Shown piece by piece: positions 29,901 through 43,700 of a stretch of DNA of 64,000 nucleotides. Under the pieces are notes generated by a model. The model was not told the origin of the DNA, did not search any database, and saw nothing but the letters and a program-made list of their open reading frames with translations. The position numbers were made by a program, and so were the translations under genes. Positions within the stretch are counted from its first letter, which is position 1; each line of letters opens with the position of its first letter. Origin of the DNA: Paecilomyces variotii (taxonomy: Eukaryota); NCBI GenBank assembly GCA_004022145.1, contig RCNU01000025.1; one strand, 5' to 3'.

Positions 29901-30407
29901 AATTTTTAATATAATAATCTTCCTTATAAATATAGTATTTAATAAAGGTTTATTTATTTTTTACTAAGAATATAGTAGTTAGTTTTATTTAAAGTTAAGT
30001 CTTTATTTCTTCTAAAATAGCTAGAATATTATTTATCTTTAAATTTTTATATATATTAATTATTGCCCTAATTATAATATATTTTTTAAATAATATTAAA
30101 AGCAGTTATTATATTTTAGCCTTAAGCTTAGCTAAAGAAAATATTATATTATTAAATACTATAATTCTCTTTCTTATCTATTATAATTAACTCTAAGTAT
30201 TTATAATTATTTATCTAAGAGTTATTTAAAAGTATATAAATTATTAAATAAGCTAATACTTTTAGTTAAGGAGAGTTTTTATATATTTTATATATAGGGC
30301 CCTTTATAGCGCTTTTATATTAATAAAATTAATAAATTTATTTTAATTATCTTTAGATAAATATTTAATAATCTAATATTATATAGCTATATTAGCTTTA
30401 TTAAACT

Positions 30408-33400
30408 TATTACAGTGCCAGCATAGGGGATAGAATAACTAACCCGCTGGCTAATGCTTACTTAACCTAGAAAGAGCGAGGACTATACTCTTCTAGATTA
30501 TATAAGGAGTTATATAACCTTGTAAAGATATCTTCAGCGCATAGCTTGATCTGAATTTAAGCTCCTTAAATTATGTCTTATTTATTAAGCCTGCCTGTAA
30601 TAGCCTATTCTAATCTAAATTAGCTAGATAGAGATTCTATAGCTAGTCCTAGTATTAACTACCTTATTTTATTTGTTTTAACCTGCTCCCTGAGCCTATA
30701 TCTTAATACTATATAGCTTCTTATCTAGGAGTTAATACTGTTAATAATATCTATTTTAATTCCTCTATTCCTGCTGACTATTTTAGAAAAATTTATTAAA
30801 TATATTACTGCTAGCTATAGGCTAAAATAGTATAATTATTATTGCCTAGTATATAAATATATTGCTAGGGCTAAGTTATCTATAAATAAAGCTAGCCAAT
30901 ATATTAAATAAACTAAAATAAAGTTTTAAAAATTTTAGTAAGAGTTCGCAGCTATATAATAAAGGCTTAAATAAGAAAATGCCGATCTTAAGGCTATTTA
31001 GTAATATTAAGAGATATAGCTTAATAAAAAGGAATAATAATATATTTAGGCTATTTTTAAGAGAGATTAAGCTTATTGCACAGCTATTCTTACCATAAAT
31101 ATACTTATATTTATATTTAAACCTAAGCCTAATATTAAAAGACTTATAACTACTTTAATAAGAGTATTTAAAATATCTATTATTATACTTTTCTCTGCCT
31201 CTAGACTTTTAAAGAGATTTTTTAACCTAAATAAGTTTAAAGGTAATTAAAAGGACCTTTAGCGCTTTATAGCCCAGATTTAAAGGAAAATAATAATTAA
31301 CTAAGATTAATTCTTAATTCCTTAGAGCTATATAACCTATATAACTAATTGCTTAAAGAATATATCCTATACTTAAATATTACTATATATTAGAGATAAG
31401 ATTTATATTCTTAATAATTATTAAGAGATTTTAAATATTTTAAAGCGCATATTTAATAATCCTAATTATATAAATAATATATATAATAAATTATTTAACC
31501 TCTATTAGACTAATAAAGAATTTAAAATCTTCTTTACTAAGTTCTAATACCTAATATTAAAAAGAAAAATATCTAAAGAAATATTATTTACCCTATTTAA
31601 GCAAGCTATTAATTAAGAACTCTAAGGAATATTATTATATAGTTAGCTCCTAAATTATAAATATTATTAGTTTATTAAATTCTTATAAGATCTTAAGAAT
31701 TATTACTATTAGTATATTATAAATTAGCCTTTTATTATAAAAACTTATGCTGCTGTTTTAAAACCTATTTAGTATATTTAGTTTCTCTTACCTGCTTTAA
31801 GTCTTACCCTAGCTATAAGATATAATAATTAGCCCTGGAGAAGCCCTATATAGAAGAGTAAATTAGCCCTAATATAGCTATATAACCTAATAAACCTAAG
31901 CACTTTTAGATATCTAGGTAGGAGAGGGTATAGCCTATTATATTATAAAATTAGCGCCTGCTTTTACTGCAGCTCCTTAAAATATTATATTAGAGACTAC
32001 CCGCACTTAAATAATTGCTAGAAGATTTAGACTATAGCTATATATAAACCTTATCTTTAAATTCCCCAGGTAATCTAGTTTCTAGACTTATATAGTCTAT
32101 TTCCTAGCTAGTCTTTAATAAAAAGAATAAGCCTAGAATAAGTCGCGGCTAAGCTTAAAAATTATATATTATCTAAATCTCTGCTGTTATTATTTATAGA
32201 ATTAACCTTAAGAAATATCTATAATAATTAAAATTAATAATATTATTTATAATATTAGAAAGGAAGAAAAAGAAAATCTATTTGCTAATTTATGCCCTGC
32301 TTAATATTAAAACTAAAAGATAAAGATTTATAGACTAAGAATAGGCTGAAGACTAGGAGTTAAAGCTTATCCCTTTAAAGAGCCTAATTACCCTATATAT
32401 ATTTAATAGAAGAGAACTAAAAGATAAGAAGATTATACACTATATTTAGATAAATATAAGAATTGAGGATTATTTTAAAAAAGATACTAAGTTCTATATT
32501 ATCTAACTAGCGCATTATTCTATTATTTTAAGACTCTTTTAATTAAAGCGCTATAACCTATATCTATAATTTACTATCTATAATATTACTTTTAATAATA
32601 ATTATTATTAAAAGAATTATAATATGCCTTTAAAACTAATTAAAATACCTGCCCTATATAATATTCCCCTAAAGGCTTTACTCTAATACCTGCCCCTAAG
32701 ACCTAAAGGACTAGAAAAGAGAAATATAGCCTTTATTTCCTTAGCCGCTTATTCTGCCTATACTTAAAAAAATATTTAAATATTTATAATTATCTTAAAG
32801 GACCTAAATACTGCTCTAAGGATTAAATAAGTCTAAGAAAAAGACTTTACCCGCCTGCTATTTAAAGAGTTTAAGGATTATATTAATATCTTTTCTTTTA
32901 AGGAGGCCGAGCGCTTACTATTATATTATTTTTATAACTATAATATTAAGCTATTAAAAAAAAGTTATTTCCTTTTAGACCCCTATATATTATATCTTAA
33001 AATAAACTAAAGATTTTAAAGGAATAGATTAAAGAAAACTTAAGAAAGAAATTTATCTGCTTAAGCTTATCGCCTGCTATATCCCTAATTCTATTTATTA
33101 AGAAACTTAATAGAGAGATATAGATCTATATAAATTATTAAGCCCTAAATACAATAATTATTAAAGACTAATACCCTCTACCCCTAATTAAGGAGATCTT
33201 AAATAACTTAAAAGGAATAAAGTACTTTATAAAGATTAATATTATTTCTGTATTTAATAACCTTTATATTAAGAAAGGATAAGAATACCTAACTGCCTTT
33301 TATACCTAACTCGGCCTGTTTAAATTATTAATAATATTATTTAGCTTAATAGGAGTATTAATAATATTTTAATAATTTATTAATAATACCTTATAAGATT

Positions 33401-36400
33401 ACCTTAATATCTTTTATATTATATATTTTAATAATATTCTAGTATATAATATAACTTATTTTAAATATATTTAATATATCTGCGCTATCCTGCAGAAGCT
33501 ATATAAAATAGGCCTATATATAAAAATCTAGAAGTATAAGTTTATTATCTCTAAGACTAAGTTTTTAAATATTATTATTGGCTGAGATTATATTAAAATA
33601 GACTTAGATAAGGTAAAAATAATTGCTAAATAAAAGACCCCGATCTATATAATTAATATATAAGCCTTTATTAGGTTTAGCAACTTTTATTATTAGTTTA
33701 TTTATAACTTTTTTAAGATAATTATACTGCTTATAAATTTAACCTAAAAGGAAGTTCCCTTTAATTAAATACTTACCTATTAGTCTAGTTTTAAAGCCCT
33801 AAAAGAAGTATTTATTTAAGCCCTAATCCTGAAGTTATTTAACTAGACCTATAAGGTTATAATTAAAACTAACTTATCTAATTATATATTAGCTAGAGTT
33901 ATATCTTAATATAATAATAAAGGAATCCTATATCTTATTATATTTTTCTTAAAGAAGCTCTCTGCTATAAAGTATAATTATAAGATTTATAATAAAGAAT
34001 TATTAATAATTGTCTGCTGCTTTAAAAAATAGCGCCTTAAGTTTAAAGATATACTATTGCCGATTAAAGTTATTATAAACTATTATAATCTAGAATATTT
34101 TATATTAACTAAGCTGTTAAACTAATAATAGGCCTATTAATCTAAGTTCCTATCTTAATTTAACTTTTAAATTATATATTATTTTAGAAAATAAGAAATA
34201 AAGCCTAACGCCCTAATTAGGAGGTCAGAAAATCTCCTTAAAGAAGGGGATAAATAGTTATAGTATTAAAGCTAGATAGTCTTAAAAAAAGAGAACCTTA
34301 ACTTATAGATTTAAAGATCCCTAAAACTAGAAGCTATTATTAAGAATTAAATAATAAGGTATATTTACTTTACTAATTTAATAGCTTAAGAGGTTAAAAA
34401 TCTTGTTAAACTTATAGGAATACCTACTTAACCTGCTCTAAAAAATTAATCTATTTAGCCTAGAGAAGCTATTTAATCTATCCTGCCGCCCGACTAGTTT
34501 ATTAAAATTATTTAACCTATTAAAGAGATAATTTAATCTATTAAAGAGACTATTTAGCTTATTAAAAAAATAGTCCTATTTATTAAGTAAGACTAGTTAA
34601 GTTCTTCTGCTATACCTAATAAACTAAAGTATTTATTAGATATTAAAAATCTGCTAGATATAGCTTACTTATCTAATAACTTAATATAGTCTATCTTATA
34701 AGCCTTAGATTATAAAGCTAACTATTATCTTAAGATTATATTAGCTAACTACTAATAAAAAGAAAGATATTTATATTATAAAGACCGCCTATATATTCTT
34801 AATTATAATAAGCTAAGAGCCTACCTATTATAAGAATATTATAATAAATATATATTTAGATACTCTAGAAAATATAAGCTTTATAACCTAATCTTATAAA
34901 AGTATTATTAGCTAAATATATATTAATATATAGATTATTAGACCTAGAATTGCTATATTTACTATTATATTATACTCTTAAATAAAGGCTATTAAGAAGT
35001 CTTATACTAGCTTTCTATTTTTAAATATTTTTAGTAAGATATCTTAATAGATTTTATTATTAAACTTATATTTTGCTAAGATTATAATATTATATTAGTT
35101 ACTATAGATTAACTTATAAAAATAAGATATTTTATTCTCTATTAAGCTATTTATAATGCTAAAAAAGTAATATAATTATATATTTATTATATATAAAAGC
35201 TTTATAGGCTATTAAAAACTATAATATCTAACTAAGATCCTTAATTTATTACTGCTTTCTAGAAATATCTAATCTAATACTTAGATATTATAAACTTACT
35301 ATTTACTATCTATTACTCTAAGACTAATAGTTAGACTAAAAAGATAAATACTATCCTAGAATAATATCTATACGCCTATATTAGTTATTTATAAGATAAC
35401 TAGATTAACTAGCTATCTCTAACTGAGTTTATATTAAACTCTTACTATTCTAAGACTATTAAAATATTGCCCTTTTTTGCTAATTATAAGTTCTATCTAT
35501 ATATAGAATTTAAGCCTGTTTAATTTATAAACTAGCCTATTACTAAAAATGCTAAAGCCTTTACTAAAAAAATATAAGATATTATAGATTATATCTATAC
35601 TTAGATTTATATTGCCTAAGCCTATTATAAAAAGTAGATTAATTACTGCTAAACTTTAGCTTACTACTATTATATAAAATAGTCTATTTAATTAAATACT
35701 TAAAATATCTATATCTAACGCTTCTAGAAGAAACTTAACTAAAAGAATCTTAGCCTATTTTATATTATTAAGATTATTAGCCTATATACTTACTAGCTTA
35801 ACTTACCTGCCTTAATATATATTTATCCTATATTTAATATTAGCTTACTTTATCTTATTATTAAAGATCCTGTGCCTAGATAAAGATAACCTTTATTATT
35901 GCCTATTAAAGTTAATAGCCTTAAAAAATAAATTATTAAAGATATTTTAAACTCCTAATAAGAATATTATAAATATAAAAGCCCCTAATTATAATATACT
36001 ATTAAGTAGTTAGGTTATAATAATCTAATTAAAAAACCTATATATTATCTATAGTATATTTAGGAGATTATTATAAACTTCTATTATTACTACCTAAATA
36101 AGCTAAAGCCTAAAGATAATCTTAATAAAGCTTAACCTTAAGGAGGGGAGTATTATTATAGTATTAGTATAAGGGATAGAATAATTAACCTGCTGGCTAA
36201 TACTTACCTAACCTAAAAAGAGTAAGGATTATACTCTTTTAAATTATATAAGGAATTATATAATCTTATAAAGATATCTTCAGCATATAGCTTAATCTGA
36301 ATTTAAGCTTCTTAAGTTATATCTTATTTACTAAGCCTGCCTGTAATAGCTTATTCTAGTCTGAATTAGCTAGATAGAGATCTTATAGCTAGTCCTAGTA

Positions 36401-36454
36401 TTAACTACCTTATTCTATTTATTCTAACCTGCTCCCTGAGCTCGCACCTTAATA
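30408..36454 (+). mobile_element. Full-length Ty3/Gypsy family C chromovirus, RIP-degraded
   Basis: 301-bp LTRs 30408-30708 and 36154-36454 with a perfect TSD aaact and PPT aaggagggga. Gag zinc knuckle ~31955-32005, RT YLDD ~33424, integrase ~35040-35450, chromodomain ~35920-36100. Confidence 0.92.
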
Positions 36455-37727
36455 AAACTAGTTATTATATAGTTTTTTAATAAACTTAATAGCTCTCTAA
36501 TAATCTTTATTAATAAACTATTTTTTTATATAAGTAAACTATTTCTTATAGTTTTTTTTTTAAAAGTATAAAAATAGATTTCTCTTTTTTATTTTTTATA
36601 TTATCTGTTAAAAATATAATAATAATAGATTAATATTTTAATCTTTAATAGAATTTAATTTTTATTAGATTTAATATTTAATATAATACTAGAATAGTTT
36701 TATTATAGATCCTTTTATATAAGAATAGCTTATTACTACTAATTTAAACTTAAATATTTAAGATAGAAAAGTTTTTACTATATAGCTATTTCTCCTAAGT
36801 TATTATAAATCTAAGCTTATAACTAGTTAAAAAGAATAGGTTTAAATAAAATTCTCTAGATTATCTAATTAATTTAAAGGGCTAATAATATTTAGAAAGA
36901 AAGAGTATTAGCATATATAGTAGATATAATATATATATATATATATATTCTTAGTTAGAGTAATAGATTTTAAATAAAGCTTAAGAAATAGTTTTTTTAA
37001 GCTACTTAATTTTACTAAAATAAAATTATTCTTAAAAATTTCCTTAAAGTAAAATTTTTATTATACTAAAACTTACTAGTCTTAACTACTATTTTATAAT
37101 AATTTAAAAAGAAGTTTTAATATTTAAGTTTTTATTTTAACTAGCTTTATAATTATTTTTATTATTTCTCTAAAAGATATAAATAACTTAATAGTAAATA
37201 TTTTAAAATTATTAAAATCTTTAAATTAATAATATTAGCTAATAATAAAGCTTTTAAGAAATAGAGTAATCTTATTATATATTTTAAGCTAATAATTATT
37301 AGAGTAAATATTTATTTTTCTTACTAGCCTTATAAACTTTATAAAGAAATTATTATATTTTTAATATATCTTTATATATAAGTTAGTAAACTAATATTTT
37401 ATAGTTTATTATTAATTTAGATTATAAAATATAGCTTAAAGATAATTAAATATCTCTTTAGCTATTTAAAAGAGAAGGCTTAAGTTTTTATAAAATTTTA
37501 AAAATATATAAGTTATAGCTTTTTTACCTAAATAGCTTTAAATATATATAATATAGAGATATTTATTTTTATAATAATTAATATTTACTCTTAGTTTATT
37601 CTTAATCTATAATAGCTAATTATTAAATTTAAAGTTATTTTTATTAGTAAGTAGAGAAGAGTTAAGTAATTTAATAAAATATTAAGGCTATTTACCTCTA
37701 AGTCCTAGGGTATTCTTATATTTAAGG

Positions 37728-40700
37728 TATAAGGAATAGAGGTTCTTAGAGGTTACTAGTAAATTACTCTGCCAGCGATTATAATAAGAGGGGTAATAGC
37801 TTTATATACTTAGCTTAGAGAAGGATTTACTAGTAAAATAAAGGGTTAATTATTAAGATAAAGGGTCTAACTAGTATAGAAAAAAGTTTATGCTAAAGGA
37901 GTCTAGTAGTAAAGAGTCTATATAAGTAAAGAAATAATAGAGTATATATTATATTAGAATAAATTATTAGCTTTTAGTAAGATAATAATTTAAAGCCTAT
38001 TTATATTCTAAACTTTAAATACTTCTTAGCTTTATCTTATATAAATCTTAAAAGCAGGGAGAGTAGAGTTTAACTAATTATCTTAGTATTATATTTAGAT
38101 TTAAGGCTTTATTATAGTCTTATAAGCTTATATCTTAATAAAAAGCTAGAGGTATAATAATATTTTCCCCTTTTTTAAAGGCTTATCCTTAAGCTGTTAT
38201 AAAATTATTATATTAAATATAGAGTATAGCTTTATAGAGGTTTATAATATAATAAATAAAAAAGCTTCTTATTATCTTTATAGTAAAGAATTAAGAAGCT
38301 ATATAAGCTAAGAGTATTATTTATATAATATTATAAGATTAAAATTTTAATCCTTAGTAATTATCTTCTTATCTTTTACTATATATAACTCTTAGTCTTA
38401 AATATATTTAAATAATAATTTAAATATATTTTTAAAGGTATAATAATACTAATAATATAATAGCTTAAAAAACTTTAAAAAATTAACTATTTTTTATTTA
38501 TTTTTAGAGCTTCTTATTCTAGAGATAAGTTATCTTAATTAATTATATTAATATCTGCTAATCTAATTAGATTATAAGTCTTAGAATTTATTTTATACTA
38601 CCCCTTTATAATAAGATTCCTTAAATAATTATCCTAGTTTATAGTTTATATAATATATACTAATTTTAGTAGTATTAATAGCCTAAAAAAGTTATTTCTC
38701 CCTTTAAAGAGTTATCTTCTCCTCCTATATTCTTTGCGGAGGAAATAGCTATTATTATTAAAATATAGCTAAATTTAGTTATTAATATAATATTAGATTA
38801 TAATTCCTTAACTACTGCTAAGATATTAAAGACTTTAACTATTATTATAATATTAGAGAAAATATTTCCTTAGTTAAATATTACTCTTTTTATAGCTATT
38901 AATAGATTAATATCTTTATTTACTCTAGATTCTATAGAGAATCTATTAGCTAAGATAAATATTATATTAAAATTAAAATATAAAAGGTTTATATCTTTAT
39001 TAAATTAGCTTTTTTTATAGTCTTAGCTACTATATAAATAAGTTTATCTAACTTAATAATAGTATTAAAAAGCTTACTAAAAAAAAAGAGAACTTATTTT
39101 ATTATTAAGTTAGCCGCTATAGCTAAGCTAAGAATAACTCTTATATTATAAAAAAGCCCTAGAGATAAAATATAGAGTATAAAGAGATTATTAATATAAA
39201 GATCTAGATTAAACTAGTTATTATTAAAATATTAGTTAAGATTATTATTATTATTATTAATATAATAATAGAAAATAGCTCTATTATCTTTAAGCTAAGT
39301 AAAAAGTTTCTTTTAATACCTTAAAAGATATATCTTTATTATTTAAAGGGGCTAATTAAAAATCTAGTACTTTAATATACTTATACTAATATTAATATTA
39401 AATATAATTATTATAGTTATAAATATAAGCCCTATATTCTAGTCTTATTAATTTATAAGGATAAGCTTATTTATTTATAGAGCCTTAGCTAAGAAGCCTA
39501 TCTCTTAGATAATTATAGGTCTTTTAAGAAGGCTTATAATAAATATAAATCTTTTATAGAGATATATCTGCGTAAAGCGCTTATTAAGATAAATATAAAT
39601 AAGCTTATATTTATTATCCTATTAACTTTATCTTTATATAAGTAGTTTATAATATAACTCTAGTAAGAGTTATTTAAATTACTTTATTTAATAATATTAA
39701 ATCTATAGCGCGTATAAGAAATTATATATATTACTTATAATATTTTTCCTTTCTCTAATAAGAAGGGAAATAAATCTATATTAATAGGGTTTTATAATAG
39801 TAAAGTAAATAAATAGAGAGAAATTAATCTTAAGCCTATATTTTTAATTCTTACTAAGAATAGCTTAATTAAAATAAATTTATTTCTAAATAGACTAGCT
39901 TCTTATATTCTTATTAAAACTCTTAAACCTTTATAGCTAAATAAATAGAGAAAGAGTAATATAGATTAGATAATAAAATAATTAAATAAAACTTAAAAAC
40001 CTAATAAGAAAAAAAAGAAATCTTATTAATTTTATTAACTCTTTTTTCTAGAGCTTTTTAAAGACTTTCTTAAAGAGGTCTTATTAATAGCTTATATTAT
40101 TACCTTAAATTTAGCTAATATATTTTAAATATATTTAAAGTCTTCTTTAAGCTATTATAAATTTTTATAATCTAGATAGTTTTTTTATTTAATTAAATAT
40201 TATTTCTTTCCCTATATTATTTATTTATCTAGAATAGCTTTAATCTCTTATTTTAGTTTATTATTTACTAAGATTAGGTTTAAATATTTAAGTTTAGCCT
40301 TAAGTCTCTAATAATAGGGCTTTAATAGAGAGATATAGAAGATTAAATATATTCTGCCTAGATTTTTTAAGAGCTTAAGCTAATAGGCTTAAGTTTTAAT
40401 TCTCTCTATAATTTTATAAGATCTTAGGTATTTTATATTTAGTTTCTTAATTGAATTAATCTGTCTTTAAGTTCTTTATTAAAAGGCAGACTTAGTCTCC
40501 TACTATTTAAGATCTAGGCTTATACTTTTTATTATAATATTTTTATTGCATAATAATAACTTTTTAAAGAGATTTTTTTACTTAAGCGCGGATTTTAATA
40601 AGTTCCTTTAATTAATTATTAATTACTAGTATATCTATTTATTTCTTAGAGTTATATTTATTTTAATTCCTAGGGTTAAATCTATAGATAATATAGAAGG

Positions 40701-43700
40701 GACTTATACCTATAAAGGTATAGATTAAATTATTATATATAAATTCTACTATAATTAATAAAAATACTTAATTATCTTATTTATAGTTTAAGTAGACCTA
40801 AAGGTAATACTCTAGTATTTAGTTCTGCCTTTTAGTCTAGCTATTAATCTAGGGATAGAATATAATACTTAAAAGTCTAGTAATTTAAATATAGCGGTAA
40901 AATTCTATCTAATATTTATTAGTAAATAGTATATCTCTATTTAATATAATTAATTATAGAGGTTTAAAACAGTTATAAATATAATCTATAATAAGATTAG
41001 CTATTCTATCTGCCTTTAATATTTTATAGGTAAAAATATAAAATACTATCTTTAAATAGCAATTTATAATTATTAATATTAAATTATAGATAACTTCTTA
41101 TTTCTCTAATAATAGCAGTTTTATTATAAAATTTATTAAGATATTCTATTATAATTGCGCTAAGATTAGCAGAGATTTTAGCTTTTTATATAGCCTATAT
41201 TATAGAATTTAATTTCTCTGGCAGATATTATATATAGATATATATTCTTATATATCTTATATTATCTTAAGCTAGTTAAATCTTTTTTAAAATAGCTCTT
41301 TAGTCTTTTTAATACTTTAATATCTTATATAAAGATTATTATAATATATTTAAAGGAGCTTTTACTTTATAATAGGTATATTTAATATAAATATAATATT
41401 ATCTTTTTATAATAATTTTTTATTATCTATTTTTTATACTATCTCTAAGCTATCTTTAAGAATATATATTTTTAATTCCCTAATTTTCTCTAAGATAAAA
41501 ATATCTCTTATTTAAAGCTATTTTAATATAAAAAGTAAGCTAAGAATTATAGTATCTTAAATAGACTCTTCTCTAATTACCTTAATAATTAGCATTCTTT
41601 ATATTAAATATTTTAAACTATTTATATTGCCCGCTTTAATAAATTTATGCTTTAAATTATTTTCTTATATATACTTATCCTAAGCTTTATATTAGAGCTT
41701 TTTTTAAAGAGTTAGAAGTAATTCTATTTAAGATTTAGATTTAAATAATTTAAAATCTACCTTTTTAGATAAAGTATTTATAGCATTAAGCTATCCTAAT
41801 TTATATTTAATTTAAAAATTATATGCTGCTAATAGTTCTGCCTATTAAGCTTATTTATTATTTAATATCTTTATAATAAAGAAATAGTATAATTTTATAT
41901 AATTACTCTATATTTATATAGAGTATTTACTATCTTTTAAATAATAATACTAATATTTAAAAATATTAATAATAGCTAGAAGTTCTTAATTATAGATCTT
42001 ATAATATATCTTTATCTTAATAAACTTCTAGGTATAATATGTTATAAGATACTAATTCTCTAATATAGTATTATAACTTATTTTAGTTTTAGTTCTTAAA
42101 GCTATCTTTAAATTAGTATTTAGACTTATCTTATTATTATCTCCTTAAAGAAATATATAATAAGGGTAAATCCTAAAGTATTAATTGCCAGTTTTATTAG
42201 TTTTTTTAGATTAAAATACCTTATTAAATGCCTTCGTAGTCTCTTTAATCTAGATAAATATTCTAATCTTTTTTTCTTAAATGCTTTTTTTTAATAAACT
42301 AGTTAAAGGAGCTATTTTTATAAAATAATTATAAATAAATCTTTTAAAAAATCCGGTAAATCTTAAAAAGATTTAAACTTTTTTAAAGGATTTAAGCTCT
42401 AGTTAATCTTTAATAGTTTTTATTCTGCTAAAATCTATTTTTACTCTATTTTTCTTTATAAGAAAGTTAAGGAATTTAATTCTTTCCTTATAGAATTTAT
42501 ATTTAAATAATTTTATATATAATTTATATTTTTATAGTCTCTTTAAGACTTATATTATATATCTCTTATATTCTTTAATAGAGTTAGAGAAAATTAAGAT
42601 ATTATCTAAATATATAATATAATAAATATTTAATAACCCCTATAATATCTAATTAATATAGGCTTAAAAAATAGTAGAAGTATTGCATAGGCTAAATAAT
42701 ATAATTAATTAAATACTTAAAATACCTATAATAAGTTTAAAAGGCTATCTTTTATTTATTTCTGTAGTAAATTCTAATCTAATAATAAATATTTTTAAGA
42801 TTAAGCTTAATAAAGATCTTAAAGCTAATTAATTAGTTAAATATTTTATTTACCTTAAGTAGAGAATATCTATTCTTTATAGTAATATTATTTAAGGCTT
42901 AATAATTAATATAGAGCCTTAATATACTATCTGCCTTAAAAATAAATAAAATAAGTATCTTTATAGAATTAATTAATAGTTATATTTACTTTTTCTATTA
43001 TATATTTTTAAGATATTTATATAAAATATTAAGTTCTTTAATAAAGAGGTTATAAAGTTTCCCCTATAAAGGCGCTATATTATTTAAAAGTTTAATCTTA
43101 TATTTATCTGTTTTAGCAGGTAATATATTTACTCTTTTTTTAAAAAAAACTTCTATATATTTTTTATATTTTAAAGGTAGGTTTTTTAAAATAATAAGAT
43201 TAATTTAATCCCTATAAAATATATAAATTATCTCTTTTATTATCTTAGAGAATTATTAAATATTTTTAATCTTTATCTATAGCTATTATAAAATATAATA
43301 TCTTTAAGTTATTAACTCTTAATCTATAATAAGATTAATAGTTTATAATTATAATTTCTTAAGAATAATAAATAATCTAAGTATTAAGATAATATAAAAG
43401 TATATATCTGCCTTCTCTATAGTTTTTTTAGAGTTAATAATATAGATCTCTATCTTAAAAAATCTATACTTTTAAATCTTATATTTATTAATAGATTTAA
43501 AATTTATATATTATTAGAAGTCTAGGAGAATTTTATATTATATAGCTATATTTAAGCTAATATAATATTAAGCTAAACCCAAATTAATAAAAGCCTTATC
43601 TTTAAATATATTATTAGATAAGTAGAGTTATATTAAAATATATAAAGACTCTTTATTTATTTTAAATCTTTTATCGCAAAAAATTATAATAATCTTAGGC

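Larger units (their letters stand above)
15572..37101 (-). mobile_element. Full-length Ty1/Copia element 2, RIP-degraded, containing two nested Gypsy elements
   Basis: LTRs 15572-15847 and 36825-37101 with a perfect 5-bp TSD attta (15567-15571 / 37102-37106). Reverse-complement PBS agcttataact lies just left of 36825. RT YVDD-like motif at ~27050 on the minus strand. Confidence 0.9.
6015..37727 (-). mobile_element. Ty3/Gypsy family A copy 2 (chromovirus), split into 6015-7352, 7635-9802, 15083-15571 and 37102-37727 by nested insertions
   Basis: De-RIPed minus strand gives chromodomain EWEVDEILA...LQYKAxWKGY (~6020-6100), integrase HPQTDGQTER...YVSYxQDDW (~6600-6720) and RT YLDD (~8600). The fragments rejoin across target-site duplications and match copy A1. 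Confidence 0.8.
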
